Source: Smithella sp.
GTDB lineage: Bacteria; Desulfobacterota; Syntrophia; Syntrophales; Smithellaceae
Direction: 5' to 3'
Assembly: GCA_012510495.1 (NCBI GenBank)
Contig: JAAZHX010000216.1
Coordinates: 22-64,021 of the forward strand
Length of the DNA: 64,000 bases
Of this stretch, positions 8,509 through 18,265 are shown in pieces (the first letter of the stretch is position 1; every line of letters starts with the position of its first letter). A model generated the notes under the pieces. That model was given only the letters and a program-made list of their open reading frames with translations, did no database searches and was not told where the DNA came from. Both the position numbers and the translations under genes were made by a program.

Positions 8509-8694
8509 CGATCATTTCTATGGGGATCCTCAATATTCCGGTTCAGTCCGGTTGACGGTTATCTGCATGTCACCACCGGAGACAATCATGACGGTCCGCT
8601 GTCGCAGAATCTCCAACGCCTGGACGGTAAGGTCCTGCGCATCGACCGCGATGGAAGGCCCCCGTCCGCGCCGTTGTGCATAGGATTGCTATAA
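8509..8694 (+). pseudogene. Relic of a PQQ-dependent sugar (sorbosone/glucose) dehydrogenase
   Basis: A start-less open frame reads ...SPVDGYLHVTTGDNHDGPLSQNLQRLDGKVLRIDRDGRP. This matches the family motifs DG.LYV..GD and L.GKILRI..DG. Only about 60 codons remain. Confidence 0.4.
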
Positions 8695-8699
8695 GGTGA

Positions 8700-9041
8700 T
8701 CAGTGTGGATTTCCCTTCTCCGGTCTTGAATGCCGCGGGCAAATTTCGGACGAACCCGGCTCGAAAAGCCTGCACACCGCAGGACTTGTTTCATGGATGG
8801 TGCAGAAATACCGCTCGCCGTCGAAGGCAAAAAAACGGCATCCGGCAAGCGCGGTTCCCGACTCCCGCGACATCAGACGGTCCCCCTCCCAGAGCGTCTG
8901 CTCTCTCTTCAGGATGTCAAGGATATCGTCCCTTCCTTCGGTTTCCCATCGCCGGATGTCTTCCTCCGTCGCGTAGGCCGTGAAATCGACCAGACAACAA
9001 CGGCCGCAGCGCAGGCATTCCATGGGTTTCGTGTTTTTCAT
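8700..9041 (-). CDS. YkgJ-family zinc/iron-chelating cysteine-cluster protein (UPF0153)
   Basis: CLRCGRCC N-terminal cluster plus downstream Cys residues (CTIH...C). About 113 aa. Confidence 0.75.
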   Translation of the reverse strand: MKNTKPMECLRCGRCCLVDFTAYATEEDIRRWETEGRDDILDILKREQTLWEGDRLMSRESGTALAGCRFFAFDGERYFCTIHETSPAVCRLFEPGSSEICPRHSRPEKGNPH

Positions 9042-9151
9042 CCTTTCCGCTTCCCCGGCCCGGAAAATATCACCGGCCCGGACATTTGTAAATTCATTCT
9101 TGGAATTCCAATAGAAATATGTTTAATGAGCACCCCTGAAAGGAAAATGAA

Positions 9152-10177
9152 ATGCTCAAATCTTCCGAGGCGTTGGACATAAAACCCGGCAAAATTCCTG
9201 TTGTTTTGCTCTACAATGTCGATCCGGACTGGACGGATGCCGAAAAAGAAGAAGTGATCGGTCAGTCCACGAAGCTCGGCCTGGCGCTTATCGAGGCAGG
9301 CTATCCGACGGTTTTTGCTTCGATTGACGACGACGATCTCGAAGGCTGCCTGAGCCGCTTTGATCCCGCCTCGTTCATCGTATTTAACTGGTGTGAAAGC
9401 CTGCCGGGAATATCCCACAGCGAGTGGCTGGTGGCCCAACGGCTCGAGGCGATGGGCTTCACCTTTACCGGCGCTGGTTCGGAAACGCTCGCGCTCGCGC
9501 AGGACAAAGCCGCCGTCAAAGCCATGCTTGACGCCGCCGGCATCCCCACGCCCTCCTGGCGTATCTTTCGCGGAGGTGAGGCGGTGGAATGGGAAAAGTT
9601 TCCCGCAATCGTCAAGCCTGTCAACGAACACTGCTCCGCCGGGATCAGCCGTGATTCCGTCGCGCTCGACAGGGAGGAACTGACGGCGCGCATTCCGTTT
9701 ATTCTGGAGGATTACCGGCAGCCGGCCCTGGTGGAAGATTTTATCGACGGGCGCGAATTTCATGTGTCGGTCTGGGGCAATGAGCCACTCACCGTCCTGC
9801 CTGTTGCGGAAATGGATTTTGCTTTTTTCAAAGACATCCGGGACCGCCTCTGCGGCTACGATGCCAAATTCATTCCGGGCTCCGATGCGTATGAAAAAAT
9901 CGAAACGAGGCTGCCCGCACCTCTGAGCCCCGAAGAAAAGACGGCGCTGGAAAAGATATGCTGCGATGCCTATCGCGTGCTGGGCTGCCGGGATTACGCC
10001 CGCATGGATGTCCGGTTGCGGGACGATGTTTTTTACATCCTGGACATCAACCCCAATGCGGACATCAGCCACGACGCCAGCATGGCCTGCGCCGCGGAGG
10101 CGGCAGGCATCAGCTATGGCCGGATGGGCGGCGCCATTGTCCGGATGGCAGCCCGCCGCCATCCGGTTTTTCGATAA
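9152..10177 (+). CDS. ATP-grasp enzyme, D-alanine--D-alanine ligase family paralog
   Basis: ATP-grasp motifs (AIVKPVNEHCSAGIS, EDFIDGREF, YARMDVRL...YILDINPN). Confidence 0.75.
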   Translation: MLKSSEALDIKPGKIPVVLLYNVDPDWTDAEKEEVIGQSTKLGLALIEAGYPTVFASIDDDDLEGCLSRFDPASFIVFNWCESLPGISHSEWLVAQRLEAMGFTFTGAGSETLALAQDKAAVKAMLDAAGIPTPSWRIFRGGEAVEWEKFPAIVKPVNEHCSAGISRDSVALDREELTARIPFILEDYRQPALVEDFIDGREFHVSVWGNEPLTVLPVAEMDFAFFKDIRDRLCGYDAKFIPGSDAYEKIETRLPAPLSPEEKTALEKICCDAYRVLGCRDYARMDVRLRDDVFYILDINPNADISHDASMACAAEAAGISYGRMGGAIVRMAARRHPVFR

Positions 10178-10292
10178 ATGGCTGTAACGTCTTGATGTTC
10201 AAGAGAAATGGCCGGCGCTGCTGAAAAAAATCCCACCTGGAAGGGTAAAGATGATATAAGGGCTCACTAAAAAAGTCCCGCAGGGAGTTGAC

Positions 10293-12692
10293 GTGACAAA
10301 AAACCTTAAAATTAAAAGCCTTATACAAAAACAGCTTGTCATTCTGGACGGAGCGACGGGCACCGAGCTGCAGAAGAGAGGATTGCCCGCCGGGGTCTGT
10401 CCGGAAATCTGGTGCCTGGAAAATCCAACGGTGATTCAGGACATTCATTCGTCCTATGCCAAGGCCGGCGCCCGGGTGGTTTACACCTGCACGTTCGGAG
10501 CGAACCGTTTCAAGCTGAAGCAATTCGGCGTGAAGAAAGACGCCTGCTCGGTTAACCGGGAACTGGCGCGTCTGGCCCGGCAGGCCTGCGGCAAGAAAGC
10601 GCTGGTGGCCGGCGACATCGGACCCACCGGCCTGTTTATTGAGCCTTTCGGTCCGCTGGCCTTTGAAGAGGCGGTCGATGCGTTTAAAGAACAGGCGCGC
10701 GGCCTGATCGACGGCGGCTGCGATCTGATCGTGATCGAAACCATGATCGATATTCAGGAAGCGCGCGCGGCCCTGCTGGCGGTAAAGGAACTCACGGGCA
10801 TTTTCACCATCGTTTCCATGACGTTTGAAAACGACGGGCACACGCTGGGCGGAACACCGCCGGAAGCGGCGCTCATTACCCTGCAGAGCCTGGGCGCCGA
10901 TGCCGTGGGCTGCAATTGCTCCACGGGTCCCGAACAGATGGCCCAAACCATCGCCGCCATGAAGCCCTATGCGACGGTGCCGCTGGTGGCCAAACCCAAC
11001 GCCGGTCTGCCGCGGCTCGAGGGATTAAAAACCGTTTTCGACATGGATGCCAAAACCTTTGCCGCTTCCGCCAAAAATCTGATCACAGCGGGCGCCAACC
11101 TGCTGGGAGGCTGCTGCGGCACGACGCCCGCCCACATCGCGGCGCTGGCCCGCGCGGTCGGGAAAAGGAAACCGGTAAAGCCCCGCCGGACATCGCTCGC
11201 GGCGCTTTGCTCCGCAAGAAGCCATCTCCCGCTGGACGAGGATCAGCCCCTGCTGGTCGTCGGCGAAAGGATCAATCCCACCGGCAAGAAAGCCCTGCAG
11301 CAGGAGTTGATGGAAGGTAAACTGTCCATCATCCGCCAGATGGCGCAGGAGCAGGAAGCCCAGGGGGCTTCCCTGCTGGACGTCAACATCGGGGTGCCGG
11401 GCATTGACGAAGTCGCAACGATTAAAAAAGTGATCGGGCTCCTCGCCACGACCACCCGCCTGCCGCTGGTCATCGATTCATCGAAGCTGGAAACCATCGA
11501 GGCGGCGCTTCGCCTCTATCCGGGCCGGATGCTGATCAATTCCATTTCCGGCGAAAAGGAAAAACTCGCCAGGCTTCTGCCGCTGGCCGTAAAATACGGC
11601 GCGATGTTCATTTTGCTGCCCCTCACCGACGGCAACATCCCGAAGACGGCCGGAAAACGTCAGGCGGTCATCCGGTCAATTTATGCAAAGGCGCAGAAGG
11701 CCGGGATGACCAAAGATGATTTTATTGTGGACGGGCTGACGATGGCGGTTGCCTCCGACGCCGAAGCGGCCCGGGAAACGCTGGCCACGGTGGCCTGGTG
11801 CAAAAAGACTTTTAAAAGCAGAACAGTTCTCGGCCTGTCCAATGTTTCCTTCGGAATGCCGGGGCGCCCCTGGCTCAACGCCGCGTTTCTGGCCATGGCG
11901 CAGTATTGCGGGCTTTCGATGGCCATTGCCAATCCGGCCGGCACGGAGTTCATGAACGTGAAAAAAGCGGGGGACGCGCTTGTCGCCAGGGAAAAGGCGC
12001 CTCTGCTGTTTATCCGCCATTTTTCCGAACAGGCGCCCGCGGCGCCGCCAACCGCTTCGGCCCAATTGTCCCCGGAGGAAAAAGTCACCGCGGCCATTCT
12101 CGACGGCGATCGGGACCGCATCGTCTCTTTTGTCGAAGCGCTTCTCCAGACCGGACGTCCCGCCTCCCGGATTGTCGATGAGGTGTTGATTCCGGCCATT
12201 GTGCGGGTGGGAGACCTGTACGAAAAGAAAATTTATTTTCTGCCGCAGTTGATGGCCGCGGCGGAAACGATGAAAAAAGCTCTGGCCCTGCTGGACCCGT
12301 ATCTGAAGCAAAAGGCGGCTGCGGAAAAGGGCAAGGTTCTGCTGGCAACCGTCCGGGGCGATATTCACGACATCGGCAAGAATATTGTCGCGCTGCTTTT
12401 GAGAAATTACGGATATTGTGTTATTGATCTGGGCAAAGACGTTCAGGATCAGGCAATCATCGAGGCGGCCCAAAAGGAAAAGCCTGATGTGATTGGACTT
12501 TCCGCTCTGATGACCACGACAATGGTCCACATGAAGGAGGTCATAACATTTGCCCGCGCCAAGGGAATCCGGACGGATTTTCTTGTCGGCGGGGCGGTGG
12601 TGACGCAGGCGTATGCCGAATCCATCGGCGCATCCTTCGCCCGAGACGGCGTAGCCGCCGTCAAAGCGGTGGATCGGTTGGTCGGCAAATAA
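10293..12692 (+). CDS. metH: Methionine synthase, short form without the AdoMet activation domain
   Basis: Hcy S-methyltransferase domain (GGCCGTTPAHI), pterin-binding domain, and B12-binding domain (VRGDIHDIGKNIV). GTG start preceded by AGGGAG. Confidence 0.9.
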   Translation: MTKNLKIKSLIQKQLVILDGATGTELQKRGLPAGVCPEIWCLENPTVIQDIHSSYAKAGARVVYTCTFGANRFKLKQFGVKKDACSVNRELARLARQACGKKALVAGDIGPTGLFIEPFGPLAFEEAVDAFKEQARGLIDGGCDLIVIETMIDIQEARAALLAVKELTGIFTIVSMTFENDGHTLGGTPPEAALITLQSLGADAVGCNCSTGPEQMAQTIAAMKPYATVPLVAKPNAGLPRLEGLKTVFDMDAKTFAASAKNLITAGANLLGGCCGTTPAHIAALARAVGKRKPVKPRRTSLAALCSARSHLPLDEDQPLLVVGERINPTGKKALQQELMEGKLSIIRQMAQEQEAQGASLLDVNIGVPGIDEVATIKKVIGLLATTTRLPLVIDSSKLETIEAALRLYPGRMLINSISGEKEKLARLLPLAVKYGAMFILLPLTDGNIPKTAGKRQAVIRSIYAKAQKAGMTKDDFIVDGLTMAVASDAEAARETLATVAWCKKTFKSRTVLGLSNVSFGMPGRPWLNAAFLAMAQYCGLSMAIANPAGTEFMNVKKAGDALVAREKAPLLFIRHFSEQAPAAPPTASAQLSPEEKVTAAILDGDRDRIVSFVEALLQTGRPASRIVDEVLIPAIVRVGDLYEKKIYFLPQLMAAAETMKKALALLDPYLKQKAAAEKGKVLLATVRGDIHDIGKNIVALLLRNYGYCVIDLGKDVQDQAIIEAAQKEKPDVIGLSALMTTTMVHMKEVITFARAKGIRTDFLVGGAVVTQAYAESIGASFARDGVAAVKAVDRLVGK

Positions 12693-12697
12693 AGGCG

Positions 12698-13411
12698 ATG
12701 GCGAAAGAAAAATTCAACAGGCTTTTGGGCGCTTGCGCTTCGGTCGGGCTTCACGGCCTGGCAGCGGCAGTCCTGGTTTTCAGCCTGTCCGGCCCGGCAA
12801 CACCCCCGGAGATGACGGGCAGGCTTGATGTAGTCTGGGCATCCGTCGCTTCCGGAAAGGATGCTTCCCTGACGCCCGCCCCGCAGGTCGGGCACAGGAA
12901 GCCCGCCGCGGACAGCCGGTTTTCCGCCACAGGGGAAATGCAGACCGCGCAGGATGATCAGCCGGAGTTTTCCACAGACGTTTCGTCTGACGAAAAAACC
13001 GCGCCCGATGCCGCAACGGCGTTTTCCGGGGACCGGACCGCGCCTCCTGCGGAAGCGCCCGGCCACGGGATGGCGTCCGGCGCCGTAAGAGCGCAGGCGG
13101 CCCCCGTTGCGCAGCAGGTCAATTCCAGCGCCTATCCCCGCTACCGCGAGAATCCGCCGCCCGGTTATCCGGAAACGGCCCGGCAGCGTGGCTATGAGGG
13201 CGTGGTGCTCATCGCGGTTGAAATCCTGACGGACGGACGCGTCGGCAAAGCCTTCATCCGGCAGTCATCCGGCTACGCCATTCTGGATCACACCGCGGTA
13301 GCCGCGGTCAGAGACTGGAAATTTGTGCCGGCCAAAAAATCCGGCGTTCCTTATAAAACATGGGCGGAACTGCCCATCAAATTTGTCATCCGCGAGAATA
13401 CCCGCTCGTAA
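12698..13411 (+). CDS. TonB family energy transducer
   Basis: N-terminal TM helix, a Pro/Ala-rich linker, and a C-terminal TonB domain (YPETARQRGYEGVVLIAVEI...GYAILDHTAVAAVRDWKF). Confidence 0.75.
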   Translation: MAKEKFNRLLGACASVGLHGLAAAVLVFSLSGPATPPEMTGRLDVVWASVASGKDASLTPAPQVGHRKPAADSRFSATGEMQTAQDDQPEFSTDVSSDEKTAPDAATAFSGDRTAPPAEAPGHGMASGAVRAQAAPVAQQVNSSAYPRYRENPPPGYPETARQRGYEGVVLIAVEILTDGRVGKAFIRQSSGYAILDHTAVAAVRDWKFVPAKKSGVPYKTWAELPIKFVIRENTRS

Positions 13412-13437
13412 TTTCATCCGGACCGGAGGAAAATGTT

Positions 13438-14028
13438 ATGTCCATGAGTCAAAGCACCGCCAGAGAGCGCCTTGGAAAAATCATCCTGGAGCGCTCTTTC
13501 AAATACAGTGACGACCCCCCTTTTACGCTGGCGTCGGGCCGCCGGAGTAATTTTTATTTCAACTGCAAACCGACCACACTGGACCCGGAAGGCATGAATC
13601 TGATCGGCGAGGTTGTTTTTGAAATGCTGAAGGATGCGCCGGTCACCGCGGCGGGAGGCCTGACGCTGGGCGCCGACCCTATCGCCAACGCCCTGGCCGT
13701 GGTTTCCTTCCAGAGGGGCAAACCGATCAAATCGTTCATCGTGCGAAAGGATATCAAGGACCACGGCACGAAGAGCGCCATCGAAGGAAATGTCGTCGCC
13801 GGCGAAAGGGTTGTGATTCTCGACGACGTCATCACCACGGGTGGCTCGACAATCACCGCCATCGGACAGGCCGGCCGGGCCGGTCTGGTGGTGGACCGGG
13901 TGATTACCCTGATTGACCGCGAGGAAGGCGGACGGGAAAACATCCTCCAACACACGAACTGCGTTGAGTCCGTGTTTACGCGGACTCAAATCATGGCGCT
14001 GCGCGCGGAAATCATGTCAGGGCAATAG
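13438..14028 (+). CDS. pyrE: Orotate phosphoribosyltransferase
   Basis: PRPP-binding motif VVILDDVITTGGS and a PyrE-like N-terminus. GGAGGA lies 7 nt before the ATG. Confidence 0.9.
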   Translation: MSMSQSTARERLGKIILERSFKYSDDPPFTLASGRRSNFYFNCKPTTLDPEGMNLIGEVVFEMLKDAPVTAAGGLTLGADPIANALAVVSFQRGKPIKSFIVRKDIKDHGTKSAIEGNVVAGERVVILDDVITTGGSTITAIGQAGRAGLVVDRVITLIDREEGGRENILQHTNCVESVFTRTQIMALRAEIMSGQ

Positions 14029-14033
14029 CGGAC

Positions 14034-15197
14034 ATGAAGAAAATCATCACGCGCTCCTGGCTCCTGCTGCTGGTTTTGCCGGTGTTATTTTGCGCCGGCG
14101 TCGAAGCAGCCGTTATTCCCGTCGCCAAATTCTGCTCCCCGGATCTGCCGGGCGGAGCGCCCGCCGGCTGGGCGCTGGAGAAAAAAACCGGCTCGCCGTC
14201 CCTGAAAATCTCCAAAGAAGACAACAACTATTATCTGCATCTGCGATCGCAGGGCAACTCGTCCTTCGGCGTGCGCACAGGGGCGCGCGTCAACGTGAAA
14301 GACTTTCCAATTCTTTCCTGGCGCTGGAAAGTTGAAAAAATGCCCGTCGGCGGCGATGTCCGCAAAAAAACAGCTGATGATCAGGCTCTCCAGGTCTATG
14401 TTGCCTTTAAAGAAACCGGTTTCCCGGCTGTGCTGAACACGCCGGTCGTCGGCTACATCTGGGACAACGAAGCGCCCAAAGGATGGAGCGGACGCAGCAC
14501 ACAGATCGGCGGCGACAAAATGCGCTACATTGTCTTGAGGAACAAAACGGACAAAACCGGCCAGTGGTACACGGAACGCCGCAATCTGTATGAAGACTAC
14601 AAAAAACTTTTCGGCGACATCAACGGAGGTGAACCGTTCGGCGTCACCACCGGTCTGCAAATCCACATCAACACCCAGCGAACCAGAACTCCCGCCGAAG
14701 GTCTGATCGGCGAGATCTGCTTCAGCAACGAGACGAAAGACATCGCGGCAACGAAAGCCGCCAGGGAGAAAATCGTTTCCGCAACACCCGTGCTCTCCGC
14801 TCCCAGGGGGAAAGCGCTGCCCGGGGCCGTCCTCGACGGCGATTTCAACCGCCCGGGTTGCGTCAACATCAGCGTTGCCTTCGACACCAATTCCACGCAG
14901 GTGGACGCCATCCCGAAAAGCAGCGTGCAAACGGTTATTGAATATCTGGTGAAGTATCCCGAGAACACGCTCGCCATCACCGGCCACACGGACAGCGTCG
15001 GGACCAACGCTGTCAACCTGGATCTGTCGCGGCGGCGCGCCCAGAGCGTCAAACAATATCTGGTCGAACAATACGCCATCGACGAACATCGCCTGACCGT
15101 CCGGGGCGCAGGCAAATCGCAGCCGATCGCCGACAACGACACACCGGAAGGCCAGGCGCAAAACCGCCGCGTGACGATTCAGGCTTGTCCGCAGTAA
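14034..15197 (+). CDS. Secreted DUF3047 domain protein fused to an OmpA-family peptidoglycan-binding domain
   Basis: Signal peptide. DUF3047-like region (FPILSWRWKVEKMP...DDQALQVYVAF). OmpA_C motifs (TGHTDSVGTNAVNLDLSRRRAQSV...NRRV). Confidence 0.8.
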   Translation: MKKIITRSWLLLLVLPVLFCAGVEAAVIPVAKFCSPDLPGGAPAGWALEKKTGSPSLKISKEDNNYYLHLRSQGNSSFGVRTGARVNVKDFPILSWRWKVEKMPVGGDVRKKTADDQALQVYVAFKETGFPAVLNTPVVGYIWDNEAPKGWSGRSTQIGGDKMRYIVLRNKTDKTGQWYTERRNLYEDYKKLFGDINGGEPFGVTTGLQIHINTQRTRTPAEGLIGEICFSNETKDIAATKAAREKIVSATPVLSAPRGKALPGAVLDGDFNRPGCVNISVAFDTNSTQVDAIPKSSVQTVIEYLVKYPENTLAITGHTDSVGTNAVNLDLSRRRAQSVKQYLVEQYAIDEHRLTVRGAGKSQPIADNDTPEGQAQNRRVTIQACPQ

Positions 15198-15223
15198 AAA
15201 ATTCTTTTTTCGAGGAGCGTTTC

Positions 15224-18202
15224 GTGACCCCTATCCATGTATTGCAGCCGACCATGCGGGCCGGCGATGTCGTCCAGGGTTTTGTCGTATTGCGCGTCGA
15301 AGTCATCGAGGCCATGCGCCTGACCGCCTATGAAATGGAGCACAGCAAAACGGGCGCCAAAGCACTGCATCTGCACGCCCCGGACCGGGAGAACCTTTAC
15401 GCCATCGGCTTCAGGACGCCGCCCGCCGATTCCACGGGCCTGCCCCATATCCTGGAGCATTGTGTGCTGGCCGGTTCGGAGAAGTATCCGCTGAAAGACG
15501 CCTTCAAAGAACTGATTCGTTCCAGCATGCAAACCTTCATCAACGCCTTCACATACCCGGACAAAACCCTTTACCCGGTGGCCAGTCAGATCAAGGCGGA
15601 TTTTTATAATCTGGCGCGCGTTTACACGGACCTGGTCCTGCATCCCCGCCTGCTTCGCGAAACCTTCCTGCAGGAAGGTCATCATCTGGAATTCGCCAAG
15701 CCCGGCGATCCCGAAAGCGATCTGATCATCTCCGGCATTGTTTACAATGAAATGAAGGGTGCTTATTCGTCGCCCGATTCGCTGATGTACAAGGACATTC
15801 AGCAGCATCTTTATCCGGACACCGTGTATGCCCTGGATTCCGGGGGCGACCCGGATGTCATCCCCGCGCTTACGTATGAGCAGTTCCGGGATTTTCACCG
15901 CCGATACTATTCGCCGACCAACGCGCGCTTTTTCTTCTATGGAGACATTCCCACCGCGGAACATTTGGAATTTCTGGCCGAAATGCTGGCCGGCTTCGAG
16001 CGGGTAGAGGTGGATTCATCCATTGTCAACCAGCCTTTCTTTCCCGCCCCAAGGCGCGTTGCCGGCGTCTATCCCATTGACCCGGACGAGACGACGGAGA
16101 ACAAAGCCTTCGTCAACCTGGCCTGGATGCTCGCCGAAAACAAAGACTTTGAAACAACGCTCGAGCTGTCCATCCTTTCCGGCCTGCTCGTGGGCAGCGC
16201 CGCGTCGCCTCTGCGCCGGGCACTTGTCGATTCAGGCCTGGGAGAAGACCTGTCGCCCGTGTCCGGCATCGAATCCGATCTCAAGCAGCTGATGTTCTGC
16301 GCCGGTCTGCGCAACGTCAAAAGCACCGACATCCCGAAGGTTGAAAAGCTGATCCTCGATACCCTGCAAAAAATTGTCGCCGAAGGATTCGACCCGGAAC
16401 TCATCGAGGGCATCCTGCATCAGGTCGAATTTCACGGCCGGGAAATTTCCCGCGGCGCCTATCCTTACGGAATCACGCTGATGGGCGGCGTTTTTCAGAC
16501 CTGGCTCTACGACGGCGACCCCCTGGCCGGCCTCGATTTCTCGCGCGTGATTGAAAAGATCCGCCTCCTCCTGAAGGACGATCCGCAGATCTTCCAGAAA
16601 ACGGCCCAAAAATGGCTGGTGGACAATCCGCATCGTCTGCTGGCGGTGATGGAACCGGACCCCGATTTCAACCGGAAGAGCGAAACCGAATCAACGAAAA
16701 AGATGGCCGCGCTCAAAGCCGGTTTGTCGAAAGATCAGTTGCGGGAAATCGATGAGCAGGCGAGGCGCCTGAAAACCTTTCAATCCGGAGAGGACTCATC
16801 GCAGGCCCGGGCGAGTCTGCCCAAGTTGAAAATGGAAGACCTTCCCCGGCAGGTGGAAACGGTTCCGACCCGGCGCAAAACCCTGGATTCGACTCCCGCG
16901 CTGGCGCATGATCTGTTTACCAACGGCATTGCCTATGTAGATCTGGCATTTGATACGGCATCGCTTCCCGAAAGCCTGCAGATCTACCTGCCGCTTCTGG
17001 GAAAAATCGTCGGCGGCATGGGCGCGGCGGGCCTGACCTACGACGAGATGGCCAAACGCATTGCTCTGCAGATGGGCGGATTCGGCTATAACCTGTCTTC
17101 CGGCCTTTCCGTGGATGCGGTCCGGGTCTGGCAGAAAATGGTTTTTTCCTTCAAAATGCTCTACCGCAATATTCCGCAGGCTGTCCGGACCGTCCGCGAC
17201 ATCCTCTGCTTTGGGGATTTAAACGATGAGGCGAGAATGCGCGATTTAATTGCCGAGCGGAAAAATAATATGCTGTCTTCGGTCGTTCCCTCCGGACATG
17301 TTTACGCCAAGCGGGCCGCGGCGGCGGCGCTTTCGCTGCCCGCCTACCGTGATGAACAGTGGCACGGCCGGACGCAGCTGCGCTTTGTCCAGCAACAGGC
17401 GGAGGGCCTCGGCGCTTCCAAAAACGATCTGCGCGGAAAGCTGGAGCAGCTTAGGAAAATCCTCTTTACCCGGCAAAACCTGACGGTCAACATGACCGCC
17501 GACACGGACGGTCTGACGCTGCTGGAAGCACAGCTTGGCGAGCTTCTGGAAAGCCTGCCGGCGGGCGGACGAGGGGAAGAGCCCGGCAGGCCCACGCTTG
17601 CGCCCGTCCGCGCGGGCATCGCGGTTCCCGCTCAGGTTTCCTATGTGGCCTCGGCAATGAAAACGCCCGCCCATAACGATCCGTCTTCCGCCTTTTTGAT
17701 GCTGGCATCGCGGGAACTGTCCAACACGTATCTGTACAAACATATCCGCGTGCAGGGCGGCGCCTACGGAGGAATGTCGTCTTTCGATCCGTCGCAGGGC
17801 GTATTTGCGTTTTTGTCCTATCGCGATCCGCATATTGTGGAAACGATAAATGTTTTTGAGGATGCGCAGAAATTCTATTCCAGAAATGAAATGACAAAAG
17901 ACGATTTGGAAAAGGCCGTGATCAGCGCGCTGGGCGCGCTGGACAAACCCTTCGATCCATCGGGGCGCGGTTATGTCGCCCTGTTCCGGCATTTCAGCGA
18001 CGCAACCGATGACGTGCGCCAGGCTTTCCGGAACCGACTGTTTGCCGCAACGCCGCGTCAGGTCCGGGACGCCTTGTCCGACTATTTTGAAAAAGCCTCG
18101 CCATCCGCATCGGTAGCGGTTTATTCTTCGCAGGAAAAACTGGAAGAAGCCAACCGGCGTCTGGAAAAGAAGCTGAAGCTGGAAAAGTTGTCGGAAGCAT
18201 AG
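15224..18202 (+). CDS. M16C-family zinc metalloprotease (insulinase / PreP-like)
   Basis: HILEHCVLAGS (HxxEH) zinc motif. About 990 aa with four M16-type domains. GAGGAG lies 7 nt before the GTG at 15224. Confidence 0.85.
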   Translation: MTPIHVLQPTMRAGDVVQGFVVLRVEVIEAMRLTAYEMEHSKTGAKALHLHAPDRENLYAIGFRTPPADSTGLPHILEHCVLAGSEKYPLKDAFKELIRSSMQTFINAFTYPDKTLYPVASQIKADFYNLARVYTDLVLHPRLLRETFLQEGHHLEFAKPGDPESDLIISGIVYNEMKGAYSSPDSLMYKDIQQHLYPDTVYALDSGGDPDVIPALTYEQFRDFHRRYYSPTNARFFFYGDIPTAEHLEFLAEMLAGFERVEVDSSIVNQPFFPAPRRVAGVYPIDPDETTENKAFVNLAWMLAENKDFETTLELSILSGLLVGSAASPLRRALVDSGLGEDLSPVSGIESDLKQLMFCAGLRNVKSTDIPKVEKLILDTLQKIVAEGFDPELIEGILHQVEFHGREISRGAYPYGITLMGGVFQTWLYDGDPLAGLDFSRVIEKIRLLLKDDPQIFQKTAQKWLVDNPHRLLAVMEPDPDFNRKSETESTKKMAALKAGLSKDQLREIDEQARRLKTFQSGEDSSQARASLPKLKMEDLPRQVETVPTRRKTLDSTPALAHDLFTNGIAYVDLAFDTASLPESLQIYLPLLGKIVGGMGAAGLTYDEMAKRIALQMGGFGYNLSSGLSVDAVRVWQKMVFSFKMLYRNIPQAVRTVRDILCFGDLNDEARMRDLIAERKNNMLSSVVPSGHVYAKRAAAAALSLPAYRDEQWHGRTQLRFVQQQAEGLGASKNDLRGKLEQLRKILFTRQNLTVNMTADTDGLTLLEAQLGELLESLPAGGRGEEPGRPTLAPVRAGIAVPAQVSYVASAMKTPAHNDPSSAFLMLASRELSNTYLYKHIRVQGGAYGGMSSFDPSQGVFAFLSYRDPHIVETINVFEDAQKFYSRNEMTKDDLEKAVISALGALDKPFDPSGRGYVALFRHFSDATDDVRQAFRNRLFAATPRQVRDALSDYFEKASPSASVAVYSSQEKLEEANRRLEKKLKLEKLSEA

Positions 18203-18207
18203 GGGAA

Positions 18208-18242
18208 AAGACTGAAGGCCGGTAAAACAAACCTTCGGTCTT
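18208..18242 (+). terminator. Stem-loop after the M16 protease gene
   Basis: AAGACTGAAGG / CCTTCGGTCTT gives an 11-bp stem with one G-U pair. No U-tract follows, so confidence is low. Confidence 0.3.
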
Positions 18243-18265
18243 CAGCCTGTGTTTGGAGCTGCTCG

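Noticed and set aside
9038-10162. Long antisense ORFs opposite well-supported genes. Examples: 9038-10162 minus, 14085-15161 minus, 19188-20318 plus, 22931-24712 plus, 41178-42560 plus, 42903-44588 plus, 45962-47107 minus.
   Set aside because: They are Arg/Gly/Pro-rich shadow frames typical of GC-rich DNA. They have no recognisable motifs and lie entirely opposite genes with clear family signatures.
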